A stretch of DNA of 62,000 nucleotides from Wallemia ichthyophaga EXF-994 (Eukaryota > Fungi > Basidiomycota), in assembly GCF_000400465.1 (NCBI RefSeq), contig NW_008806280.1:144001-206000 (forward strand), in the 5' to 3' direction. The notes beneath the pieces are model-generated. The model had not been told where the DNA came from. It made no database searches and worked only from the letters and a program-made list of their open reading frames with translations. Positions 24,993 to 35,628 of the stretch are shown here, piece after piece (position 1 is the stretch's first letter; every line of letters begins with the position of its first letter). The position numbers and the translations under genes are program-made.

Positions 24993-25766
24993 CTATGAAG
25001 ATGGTTTTTCAAATTGCTCCCATTTTGATGCGGGGAATATGTGTTTGTTGTTGTGATACCAGGTGCGTTGTACAACCTTAGCGGGTGAGTCAGCGTCTGT
25101 AAAATTAAACAGCTCGCCTTGTTTTGAACGTGTTTGATTTACTTGAAAGTCGTAGAAAGAGTAATGCGGGGGTAAAATGAGGTCGTTCTTTATAAGCATA
25201 AGGTTATCCACATGATTTGACCTTAGTTGAGTGAAATTCTGTCTAGATTTGTCTAAAAATCGAGTGAAAGTGTCGCCTTTGTTGCAAGTAAGGGATGAAG
25301 GATGACTAGTACCATCAAAGAAAGCGAAATGAATTGTCAACTCCTCAGATTTAATCTGTTCCTGCTTTTCAAGGAACTCAATACGAAGAATTTCACGCTG
25401 AGAAGTCTCACTGATGTCTCTATCCCTATCAGGTAAGAAGGAAGTGTCTACCTGAGGATTTTTAGACAATTTCTTGATATTTAGATTGCCATGGCGTATA
25501 TCATCGCCATGATGAATATCATCACCATCCTCAACATCACCATCGGCGAAGGACAACTTGGATGAGGATTTTTTAGTTTTAGATTTCTTTTTGGGGCGTG
25601 CAGCATGTGAGGAAGTACCAGCAGCGTCTCTCGCAGCCTGCTCTTCAATTTGCTTACGTTTGAGTTTGAAGTCATCGAGGTGAACCAAACCTATGGTATT
25701 CTTCTTTAAGGATTCCTCAACGGATTCCTTATTTTCCGCCCTTTTTGTTGAAAATTCCTTTGACAT
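24993..25766 (-). CDS. XAP5: XAP5/FAM50 family protein
   Basis: LKKNTIGLVHLDDFK, LSKNPQVDTSFLPDRDR, IHFAFFDGTSH, LILPPHYSFYDF and KVVQRTWYHNNKHIFPASKW. Confidence 0.88.
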   Translation of the reverse strand: MSKEFSTKRAENKESVEESLKKNTIGLVHLDDFKLKRKQIEEQAARDAAGTSSHAARPKKKSKTKKSSSKLSFADGDVEDGDDIHHGDDIRHGNLNIKKLSKNPQVDTSFLPDRDRDISETSQREILRIEFLEKQEQIKSEELTIHFAFFDGTSHPSSLTCNKGDTFTRFLDKSRQNFTQLRSNHVDNLMLIKNDLILPPHYSFYDFQVNQTRSKQGELFNFTDADSPAKVVQRTWYHNNKHIFPASKWEQFEKPSS

Positions 25767-25792
25767 TTACGTGTGTTCTCTCTTCGCAGTGA

Positions 25793-28170
25793 ATGCTCAA
25801 GCGCACAGCGAGGAATTTGTGGCATAAAATGGAAACAACGAATACGTGGAATATACCAATGAAGGCGACTCAAGAGCCCGTGCTACACGTCTATAATTCA
25901 CTCAGTCGATCCAAAGTGGGTGGTGTGGTGTACAACCACTAAATACTCAAGTTACACAGGTCCCTTTCATTCCTACGCACGGTAGATCCGTCACTTGGTA
26001 TAACTGCGGTCCGACCGTTTACGATTCTTCCCATATGGGCCACGCTCGCAACTACCTCACTCAGGACATCATACGCAGAATCCTACGCGACTATTTCAGC
26101 TACGACGTTAAATTTGTCATGAACATTACAGACGTCGATGATAAGATCATCTTGAAAGCCAGGCACAGCTATTTGTTCAACAAGTACAAGCAAGACAATG
26201 GCGTGGCTAACGATACCGTCAAACGCGATTTAGTTGCTTCATTTGAGGCATTCGTTGAGAAAGTGAAACCATCATTTAGTTCTATACCACCAAATTCATC
26301 CTCCCCCCAAGAATACGCGGCGGCTGTTATCGATCACTCTCACTCTCTCCTTCCTTCTTGGCTTGAACACGAACCTAAGGCGGGAATGTACGTGCAAACT
26401 CTCAAGGACTCCCTCGAAGCACTCCAGACACTCTCACTCGACAAGGCTTACGATATTCTCTCTCCATACCTCGACAAGCACCACGGAGAGAGTGTAACCG
26501 ATCCTGCTATTTTCAGATCCTTAGCTGCTTACTGGGAGGCTGCTTTCTTCAAAGACATGGCCGCACTTAATGTCGAAAAACCTGATACACTCACCCGAGT
26601 GAGCGAGTATGTGCCTGAAATCATCCACTTTGTCGAGAAGATTATCAGTAATGGATACGCATATGCCGTTGAAGATGGGAGTGTGTATTTCGATACGAAA
26701 GCATTCGACCATTCTAAGTCGCGCAAAGGGTTTGAGCACGTGTACGCCAAATTACAGCCATGGTCGAAAGGTAGCAAGGAGTTGATCGACGAGGGTGAAG
26801 GGAGTCTAAGTAGTGGGGGAACGGGAAAGAAGGGCAATTCAGATTTCGCGCTATGGAAGGCGTCTAAACCGGGTGAGCCATCGTGGCAGTCTCCTTGGGG
26901 CGCAGGCAGACCAGGATGGCACATCGAGTGCAGTGTTATGGCGTCCGAAGTTCTCGGTCATAACATAGACATACATTCAGGCGGTGTAGATCTGAAATTT
27001 CCTCACCATGACAACGAAATTGCCCAGAGCGAGGCGTGTCATGACTGTCCAGCGTGGATTAACTACTTCCTTCACACAGGCCACCTTCACATCGAAGGGC
27101 AGAAGATGTCCAAATCTTTGAAAAACTTCATCACCATCGACGACGCTCTCGCTAGGTACTCACCCAGACAGCTGCGCCTAGCGTTTATGCTGCAGCTGTG
27201 GAACACGCCGATGGACTTCAAGGAGAGTGCGATGGCGGAAGTGCGCAACTACGAGAGCATGCTGAGCAACTACTTCAGCAATATCCGCGCACTGCTGCGC
27301 GACAGGCGCGATAGAGAGGTAGGAGAAACTGAGAGAGAGTTGGAGTGGGACGGCAGACACCACTACGATGCGCGCGAAAAGGAGCTGGATGGGAAGCTGA
27401 CGGCGGCGAAAGAAGGAGTGCGCGTAGCGCTTTGCGACAGCTTCAATACGCCTTCCGCACTGCAGGTCATGGGCAGTCTGGTGAGTGACGCTAATGTTTA
27501 CATGGCGCAACAGCGCGCGGCGAACACGGTCATGAATGTAGATGTACTAGAGAATATAGCCAAGTACGTCACGCGTATGCTGTCGATATATGGCGTCATA
27601 CCCACATCGCAGCTGCTCGAGATCGGCTGGGCTGATGCGCAGGGCGAGCAGAACAGGAGCAGAGAGGAGGACGTCATGCCTTACGTTAAGGCCCTGTCCT
27701 CTTTCAGAGACAGCGTCCGTCAGATCAGCATCGAAAATAAGGATGATGGCCTCGCGCAGATTCTTAGACTCTGCGATCGCATGCGCGATGAGGACTGCGT
27801 CGATCTCGGCATCGCACTTGATGACCAAAACAGCGGTAAGGCACTCGCTAAGCTGGTCAACCCCGATGAGCTACGCGCGGCAAGGTCCGAGAAAGAACGC
27901 CAAATAACCGCTAAAGCTGAGAGATCGAGGTTGGTAAAAGAACAGGCTGAGCTGAAGCGCGTCGAGAAACTCAAGAAGAGCAGCATCAACCCGGCGGAAA
28001 TGTTCAAGGGGCTGCAGGAGTATTCGAAGCTCGATCAAGATGGGATACCTACCCACGACAGCCACGGTGAAGAGTTATCTAAGAAACGCCGCAAGAATGT
28101 CATCAAAGAATACGAAATACAGGCTAAGGCGTATAGAGAATACTTAGACGCTGGTAGTCCTTCCGTCTGA
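25793..28170 (+). CDS. CRS1: Cysteinyl-tRNA synthetase (in-frame ATGs at 25793 and 25829)
   Basis: WYNCGPTVYDSSHMGHARNY, DFALWK, GRPGWHIECS, FPHHDNE and KMSKSLKNF. One intron near the 5' end. Confidence 0.96.
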
Positions 28171-28272
28171 AGATGAGTGAAGAAGTTTTAAGAAGATATT
28201 CATAATGCATGTATATTATAGTTGCTGTGACTCCTCTTATGCTCCGCGTGCTCTCAGTCCACCACCACCAAA

Positions 28273-28623
28273 ATGGCGTCACTGAGAAATAATTTAGGCG
28301 TGCTGAATAAAATATTACGGGTTGATAATATAACAGTGCAAGAACGGATATCACTACTGTCACTCAAAGTTGGTCTTGTGGGCGATAGAGAGAAGATGGA
28401 GATACATGTGGAATTATCACAGCTATACAGCTCACTCAATCAGCTAGAATTGGCTTATGTGGAATTAGATCAGGCAGGCGTGGCTGTACAAAACGACAAA
28501 GCGAAAGTAATACAGATACTTGGTATGAAAGTTGATATCGAGCATAGGAGACAGAGGTTGAACAGGGCACAGCAGCTGCTCAACCAGATCGAGAAGCTGG
28601 AGAAGCTGGAGAAGTTGGAGTAG
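28273..28623 (+). CDS. Small coiled-coil hypothetical protein
   Basis: 116-aa ATG-initiated ORF with good context (AAA-ATG-G) and heptad-like Leu spacing, filling the space between two genes. Confidence 0.6.
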   Translation: MASLRNNLGVLNKILRVDNITVQERISLLSLKVGLVGDREKMEIHVELSQLYSSLNQLELAYVELDQAGVAVQNDKAKVIQILGMKVDIEHRRQRLNRAQQLLNQIEKLEKLEKLE

Positions 28624-28635
28624 CTCGAGTAGCTG
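28591..28635 (+). repeat. 9-bp tandem repeat GAG(A/T)AG(C/T)T(G/C), five copies
   Basis: gagaagctg gagaagctg gagaagttg gagtagctc gagtagctg. Confidence 0.85.
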
Positions 28636-28645
28636 TAAACTCCAA

Positions 28646-30023
28646 TCAAATGGCATTCCTAATCGATTCAGCGACCGGGGAGAGTGGTTGACTGGTAAAA
28701 TTTTGTTGGTAGGCTTGTTGATGGTGGTGTGGTTGGTGTTGTGGTTGATATTGTTGCTGGTGTTGTTGCTGGTGATTTTGCTGCTGCTGCCCACTCTGCC
28801 CACTCGTTACACTCGGATCAAGCGTAATTAACTCATCTTTAATCGCCTGTCTTGCAATCTCGTTGAGGTCTTTGGTCAGTGTCATGAGAATTTTCTTCAG
28901 TTTACCCTCAGCCTTCCAAATTAGATCGAGTGAGTGTATTGGGAGATCTGACTTGAGTGTAGATGTGCTGTTATTGCGTTTAATGCTCTGCGGATGAGTA
29001 TCTGAGAAAGACATGGACATTGACATGGACATGGGTGCTGTGAGGCTGTTGTGCTGAGATGTTTGCGCAGAAGCCTGACTTTGCAGTGATGCTGATGATG
29101 GCTGTGTTGATAGTTGGGGGAGTTGAGGTGGAGGCGATGAGGCTGTATTCGTTGGTGATAGACTGAATGTGTTTGCTGTGTTAGGACCATGACTATGACT
29201 ATTCACCGTCGATAATGGCGATAGTGGACTTGACATTGCAGGACTTGTTGAGTAGGGATTGCTGCTATTGTTCACCACATTCGACCCTAGTGTTGAAGAT
29301 ATTTTGCAATAGATCTGTACCAAGATATCACACAGTGAGTAAATGACTTCAAAGTAAGACAGCTGGAAGGGTATATTAGGGTTAGTGAGGTATGTAATAT
29401 CAGAGGTATCGCTATTTGCTGTTGGACGTTTAGAGTGCTTTGTCTTGAACAAATTTTTGATCTTTGGTTTATAATTGTCATCGTCTAGATTATCATATTC
29501 AGAGAGAGTAGCTGCGAGACTCTTGATAAAGTCAGCTGGCTGGTTGTTATCAAGGTGGTAGCTGAGTGAGAGGCCAAGAACGAGAAATTTGTGTGTTCTG
29601 TGGATGTATTTAAGAAATGTAACCTAATAAAAAGATAAACGCACCTCTTTGACATTTTGTAGTCGTCCAAAGATGGTTCTAGGTCTGATCTAGAGAGTAA
29701 TACCGTATTAAACCAGTGTAAACGGCTGTATAAGCTATTAAACCAAGAGCACTTCATCTAGCACACCAAACTTACCCCTCATACGCCATTCTCATCAGCT
29801 TAAACGACTTGATACGCTTAACCATCGTATCATTGAGCAAATCAATGCCATCTGCATCTGAGGAACTGATAGCGATATTCTCCACTGGATCGCTGTTCTG
29901 CCTGGAGCGAGAAGAAGATGCGGATGTGCCGAGTGTAGATAGCAAATTGGATGCAGAAGACTTTCTCCGGATACCTTCACGTCTGCTAATTGGAGTTGAG
30001 TCGTTGTGAAAGAGTGTTTCCAT
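28646..30023 (-). CDS. Conserved fungal hypothetical protein
   Basis: The spliced frame is continuous: KRIKSFKLMRMAYEG|RLHWFNTVLLSRSDL...KFLVLGLSL...YLTNPNIPFQLSYFEVIYSLCDILVQIYCKI. I recognise this motif order from an uncharacterised fungal family (recall, not a search). Confidence 0.75.
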
Positions 30024-30138
30024 TATTTAGAGATTTTATGATTTTACTTGAAATTAAAAGAGTTGCTTGAAATTTACTAGAGTTGGTTTGAATTAATAGA
30101 GTTTAGCCGTTGGTGGTCTTGGTCGATGAGTAATTCCC

Positions 30139-31319
30139 ATGACGGAGTTTTCGAGTAAATGGAGTGAGCTATCGAATCAGTTGAAGGAGTTAGACGGTGT
30201 ATTTGGCTGTGAGTGGAGTTTTATGCTACAGACACAGCACCTCACCTCACTCACCCAGCACCTACAGCACACGCCAATTCACCGACGACAAGCTACCTAA
30301 ATGAATCTGAAATGGATATATTTGGCTCATTCCCTCTTTCATCCATCAACGATGATGATGATGCGCTTAAAGTGGTTAATTGCACTGAATGTGCGAGACC
30401 AGTCCAGAAGTCTGCGTTACAAGTACATTTGATTAACTGTGCTCAAATGAAACAAATATCGCAGCAAAACACAGCTATAAACACAACTACGAAGAGATCT
30501 AAAATTAAGAAGGAAGATACACCAACTCGGACACCTACACCTTCTGCAGAGAGCACACACAGCACAAACAACAGAAAGAGAAGACTGAGTGATGTCTCAC
30601 AGCAATCCACAACTTTGTCCGCATCCCCTCAAAAGAAGAGTCGCAAATTAGACGTCGATAAGCCGAAGAATAAGGCAGCCAACAACAAAGACAAAGAGAA
30701 GGACAAGGAGAAAGAGAAAGGCAAGAAGGACAAGGATGAGGGGCCAATAGACTTAGACAGTCAATGTGGCGTGATCAACGCCAAAGGTACGCCTTGTTCA
30801 CGTAGCTTGACTTGCAAAACCCACCCTATGGGCGCTAAAAGGGCGGTTGAGGGGCGTACTAAGCCATATGACGTGCTTACGTATGAGTTTGAACTAAAGC
30901 GTAAACCTGAATTGGCTGAGAAGCCATTACCCAAGGCTGTCACGCAGTTTGAGGCGGATAGGGCGGCGAATGGGAGGAAGAAAACTGGACAATCGGAGCA
31001 CACAGCGCAAACAACCACGTCCGCTCACGCTCCTATTACGCCCACAATCACACCTCGCTTACAACCACCTCACCCACCACCTATGCCTCCCAAACCAACA
31101 ATAGTGGAGAAGCCAGTTGGCGTTACATCGTGGGATGATTTCAGCAAATATGATGAACCGTTGCTGCCCGCTTCAGGAATTGAGCTCGAGTTGGAAGTCA
31201 CCAAGATACGCGCTGCCACGACTAGCCACCGCGCGCGTCCACTCGCAGCACCTGCTAATAGAATGGCGGGACTGGTGAAGAAAAGAGCGACACTCGGAAG
31301 ATGTCTGATGAAATGTTGA
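30139..31319 (+). CDS. SGF73: SAGA deubiquitination module subunit (ataxin-7-like, SCA7 zinc finger)
   Basis: CTECARPV....LQVHLINC N-terminal finger and QCGVINAKGTPCSRSLTCKTHPMGAKRAVEGRTKPYD. Short first exon from 30139. Confidence 0.9.
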
Positions 31320-31378
31320 AATAGAAAATATTTAAAACAGTGTACTTTTACTTGTAATCTAACGTCATCTACCACCTA

Positions 31379-31822
31379 ATGCAGCAAAAGAGGCATAAGA
31401 ATGACGATGGAGAGGAATTGAGGCCGCAGAAGCGTAAAAGGGAGGGAATGCTAGAAAGATCGCTTTCTAATTTGCAGTTGGAGAATGTTGGAGAGAATGA
31501 GAACAAGGATATTGAAATGACAAAATCCGGGAGCTATGAGGCGGATAAGAATAGAATAGTAGTCTACGATATTGATGAATATCAAAGTGACAATGAGGGC
31601 GTGGGTGATGATAATCATGCTGATAATCAACCCAAATACAAGCTACCGAAGCTTTTATCCAATACTCACGATATTATGTACAAAAGCATGTGGCAGCAGA
31701 GAAAACAAGGGGAAGGAGAGAAGCAACTTGTTTTGTATAAGCCATTGCACATACCCACGCAAGGCACGCAAGAGACGCAAGGGACTGCGACTGATACAGA
31801 TGCAGTGGCCATGGAACAATGA
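31379..31822 (+). CDS. Hypothetical 147-aa protein
   Basis: ATG-initiated ORF with KRKR NLS-like motif, LERSLSNLQL, IVVYDIDEYQSDNE and QLVLYKP. Confidence 0.7.
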   Translation: MQQKRHKNDDGEELRPQKRKREGMLERSLSNLQLENVGENENKDIEMTKSGSYEADKNRIVVYDIDEYQSDNEGVGDDNHADNQPKYKLPKLLSNTHDIMYKSMWQQRKQGEGEKQLVLYKPLHIPTQGTQETQGTATDTDAVAMEQ

Positions 31823-31862
31823 GTATCTGAGTATCTGAATATATTCAAATGCATCTATATAT

Positions 31863-32756
31863 TTACCTGCTCATATCAAAATTCCTAATATCACAAACTT
31901 TACCAAATGTGTCTAGCTCTTGACGGAGAATATCCGTGATTTGTTTACGTGTTTCAATTTCATCGCCTTGTCCATTTCTAAGACTATTTAGGAGAGGATC
32001 TACCGTGTACTGAATAGGATCGCCCACATCCACCGTAATATCAGCGTTGAATGACGGAATAGCCGTATAAGGTCTACCATCGACAAACACGTCATTGAAC
32101 CCGGTGAGATGTATAGGGAGGATGGTGGGTGTATGCTCTGTGAGCGTGAGTACTCTACCCACGCCCCACCTGAATGGCCGCAGCGGTGAGGGTGTTATGT
32201 GTGGATTGAAATTGGGTGGAGGAACGTTAATCCTGCCTTCGGGGAACATGGACACCTGGTGAAACTCAATCAAGATATGCAACAGAGGCAGTCTATCCAC
32301 CCACCCACTTGGCTTCATCGAGCAACTGGGCCGCATGAGACACGGCAGATTGATCCACACCACTCCCTCTATACGTTTCAAGCACCTGTCCAGCTTGGAA
32401 GAAGGTCCGGAAGAGAGCATTGGTGAATATTACATCGGACGCGCCTAAAGTCCACCGCCTCCATTTCGGTTTGACGAGTGTGGATAGTGGAAGTATAGCT
32501 GGCCATAGTGGATCTTCTCCGCTGTCAAGTAGTTATTAGAGGCAATTAGGAGCACACTTGGCACCCACACTGCTCTGTGATTCGTTATCGTCAATACACC
32601 GCGATCACTCGATAGCGCTGCGTTGAGCTTGTCTGCCCCTCGCACACGCAGCGATCTAGTGCCATAGCGGTAGAAGAGCTTGGCTAGGCTGCTCACTGTG
32701 AGCATTATTGGGAGTGTTAGTCTGCTGCTCGGTGGTTTTGTTGCGTATTTCATCAT
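31863..32756 (-). CDS. TAZ1: Tafazzin-like lysophospholipid acyltransferase
   Basis: Spliced [19 protein letters not shown]...[38 protein letters not shown] and ILPIHLTGF. Confidence 0.87.
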
Positions 32757-32788
32757 TCTATACGACGTCTTCCTTGTTCAGGACAAGC

Positions 32789-33865
32789 ATGGCTACACAC
32801 ACGCAGACTGAAAATAGACAGCCTACGTCTATCATATTGCTGGGAATGGCTGGCAGTGGCAAATCCACCGTTCTCCAACGCCTCAACAGCTACCTTCACG
32901 CACAGAACGATGCACCATACGTAATAAACCTTGATCCAGCAGTGCGAGAACTTAACTACTCGGCGAATATCGATATAAGAGATACAGTAGACTACTCTAA
33001 AGTTATGAAGCAGTATAATTTGGGTCCCAATGGCGGTATCATCACGTCACTCAATCTATTCACAACAAAGTTTGATCAGGTGCTGGGATTGATAGAGAAG
33101 CGTAAAAACAGCGTCAACAACATTCTCATTGATACGCCTGGTCAGATTGAAATATTTACCTGGTCTGCATCCGGTGCGATAATCACAGACGCTATAGCTT
33201 CAGAGGTGCCGACGGTGATTGGGTTTGTTGTGGACACCCCACGCACAATGGCGCCAGCGACTTTCATGTCTAACATGCTTTACGCTTGTTCAATTCTTTA
33301 CAAAACTCGCCTTCCACTGCTTCTGATATTCAACAAGACAGATGTACAGGATTGCTCGTTTGCGAATGAGTGGATGACTGACTTTGAGTCATTCCAGGCT
33401 GCGTTGAGCAGTAGGAGCGCTACCTCCACCCACGCCTCCACCAACCAGAACGAAGAACCTAGCTATATGAACTCGCTGATGAACTCGATGAGCTTGGTGT
33501 TGGAAGAGTTTTACGCTAATATTCGATCTGTTGGCGTCAGCGCTATGACGGGAGATGGTATGCCTGAATTCTTTGACGCTGTGGACAAGTGCAGAGGTGA
33601 TTACTACAGCGACTATAAACCAGAACTCGACAGATTGCGCAAGGAGAGAGAGGAGAAGAGCGAGGCTAGCAAGCAGGATAGCATAGATAGGCTGATGAAA
33701 GATATGAAGACGGGTGGTGAGGAAGAGCAACCCATCGAATCTGATGCCAGTGAGGAAGAAGGCGAAACGTTAGATGCACAGGATATGAAAGAGAGAAGGG
33801 GTATGAATGCTACAGCTAACGACGTAGCTAATGATGATGGTACAAGCTGGCCTACAAACCGATAA
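32789..33865 (+). CDS. NPA3: GPN-loop GTPase GPN1/Npa3
   Basis: [51 protein letters not shown] and [11 protein letters not shown]. Confidence 0.95.
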   Translation: MATHTQTENRQPTSIILLGMAGSGKSTVLQRLNSYLHAQNDAPYVINLDPAVRELNYSANIDIRDTVDYSKVMKQYNLGPNGGIITSLNLFTTKFDQVLGLIEKRKNSVNNILIDTPGQIEIFTWSASGAIITDAIASEVPTVIGFVVDTPRTMAPATFMSNMLYACSILYKTRLPLLLIFNKTDVQDCSFANEWMTDFESFQAALSSRSATSTHASTNQNEEPSYMNSLMNSMSLVLEEFYANIRSVGVSAMTGDGMPEFFDAVDKCRGDYYSDYKPELDRLRKEREEKSEASKQDSIDRLMKDMKTGGEEEQPIESDASEEEGETLDAQDMKERRGMNATANDVANDDGTSWPTNR

Positions 33866-34361
33866 TTGAAATGCATTTGCTATTTATTCTCGATATCCCT
33901 CTCACGTCAGCTGCGATTAGCCTATTGATATTGTACGATTGCGTGGTGTAGATTGAGTGCGCAATATCCAACTTGTCGTTGTCGACAAGATATTGCAATA
34001 ATTGGGGCAATTTAACTATCTGCTCTAGCAACACGGATTGCTTCAAATTGGTGGTGTCCTCAACATTCCCAATCAGTGCTAGTCGATCGCGTAAAGAGCT
34101 GGTAATTGGACTGAGCTCCTCTAAAGACGTCTTCATCACGGTCATATTATCAGAGGACTGTATCAGCTCGTAGTGATGATCGAAAATGAGCTGCTGGCGG
34201 GAATTCTCGAGCTGACGAATTGATTTATTAAGGCTATTCGATAGGCTGATGAGATCTTTTAAATTTAATTCTGACTTGTCGTTCACGGACATTTGGAGGT
34301 TTCCTGTATCAAACAAGGACAACCATGGTGTGTATTTACATTGAATATTCAGTGGATTCAT
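33852..34361 (-). CDS. VPS51: Vps51/Vps67-domain protein (start at 34361 or 34292)
   Basis: [44 protein letters not shown] matches the Vps51 N-terminal coiled-coil pattern. Confidence 0.7.
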   Translation of the reverse strand: MNPLNIQCKYTPWLSLFDTGNLQMSVNDKSELNLKDLISLSNSLNKSIRQLENSRQQLIFDHHYELIQSSDNMTVMKTSLEELSPITSSLRDRLALIGNVEDTTNLKQSVLLEQIVKLPQLLQYLVDNDKLDIAHSIYTTQSYNINRLIAADVRGISRINSKCISIIGL

Positions 34362-34766
34362 TAAAATTCTTATTCTTATCAACAGCTCCCACTCACTCTA
34401 CTCAACGCTGCACAGAATAAGCCACTGCTGGTTGAGTTGAAATCAGGCGAAACTTTCAACGGCCATTTGATAGCCTGTGACAACTACATGAATCTCACAC
34501 TCAAGCAAGTCTTTCAAACCAGTCCAGATGGCGATGTTTTCTACAAAATTCCTGAGTGTTACATACGCGGTAATACCATCAAGTACATTAGAGTGGCCGA
34601 CGAGCTCCTTGATCAGATAAAGGCGACACAGGACAGGGACAGAGAGCAGTTCAAGAGTCAGAGAGGTTCCAACGACAGAAGCGATAGAGGTAGGGGTAGA
34701 GGCGGTAGAGGCGGTAGAGGCAGAGGCAGAGCTAGAGGTAGAGGATCACATAACAATAACCAGTAA
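34325..34766 (+). CDS. LSM4: U6 snRNA-associated Sm-like protein
   Basis: ATG|intron 34328-34385|[37 protein letters not shown]...[12 protein letters not shown], then an RGG tail. Confidence 0.95.
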
Positions 34767-34791
34767 CAGCACTAACAAAGTCATTTATATT

Positions 34792-35628
34792 CTACCCTAC
34801 CATACTCTTCTTGCGCCCACGAAGCCTGACATCATGTAACTTGATATTCACCTTGTTCCACTCGGCATCACCTACTCTGCGTGCATAGCTGTTGAGCAGC
34901 GTTGTGTACTCTGCTTCAAACGCCGGGTGTGTGCTTCCAAACGCCCTCTCGAGAACATAGAGATCAACAGCCCTATCTTCTGCGCTGGTGTAGTGCGTGA
35001 TAGGTTTGAGGGATGACAATCCAAAGTCTATGATATACACAGCATTCGGATGGTGTTTAAGGATGAGGTTCGATGTGCTATTCATGTGCATTAGCTGGTT
35101 ACTTAATTGTTCAAACCACCCACGTTAAATCACCGTGTATAATCCCCGACAGATGCAATACAGCTATCTGTTCACCGACAAGCTGCATAAGCGTGTCTCT
35201 GTCAATACCTACACTCTTCATATCCAGTCTCATCCCGTCATCAGCTTTCACTTGGCCTTCGGCTTTACTCCCCAGCCACTCCCGCACACTGTATCCATCC
35301 AGCCACTCCATAGCCACCATTCCATCACGACTATCTGTGAACACCACTCGCGGCACCTGCACACCCAGCGATTCTGCTCTGTTCAGCGCCTTCACCTCCG
35401 ATTGTATCCTTTGCTTATTTAAACTTCTATCCAGTGTCGCATGTCGGTATTTCTTCGGGAAGCGCCACTTGAGTATCATTGAACGCTCCTGCGATTGGCT
35501 CAAATACACCCTCTGCCGAACTGCTTAGATTGTCGCTCTATTTATACACTCCAACTAACCGCCTCCGCTCCTTGCTTTATCAGCTGCGATTCGCCCCGAA
35601 GCTCCTCGCTCGTCCTCGTATTCGCCAT
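34792..35628 (-). CDS. BUD32: KEOPS/EKC complex kinase-ATPase
   Basis: Spliced LIKQGAEA|RVY, KWRFPKKYRH..LD..L, HGDLT|TSN, IDFGLS, EDRAVDLYVLERAF and VRLRGRKKSMVG. Confidence 0.94.
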
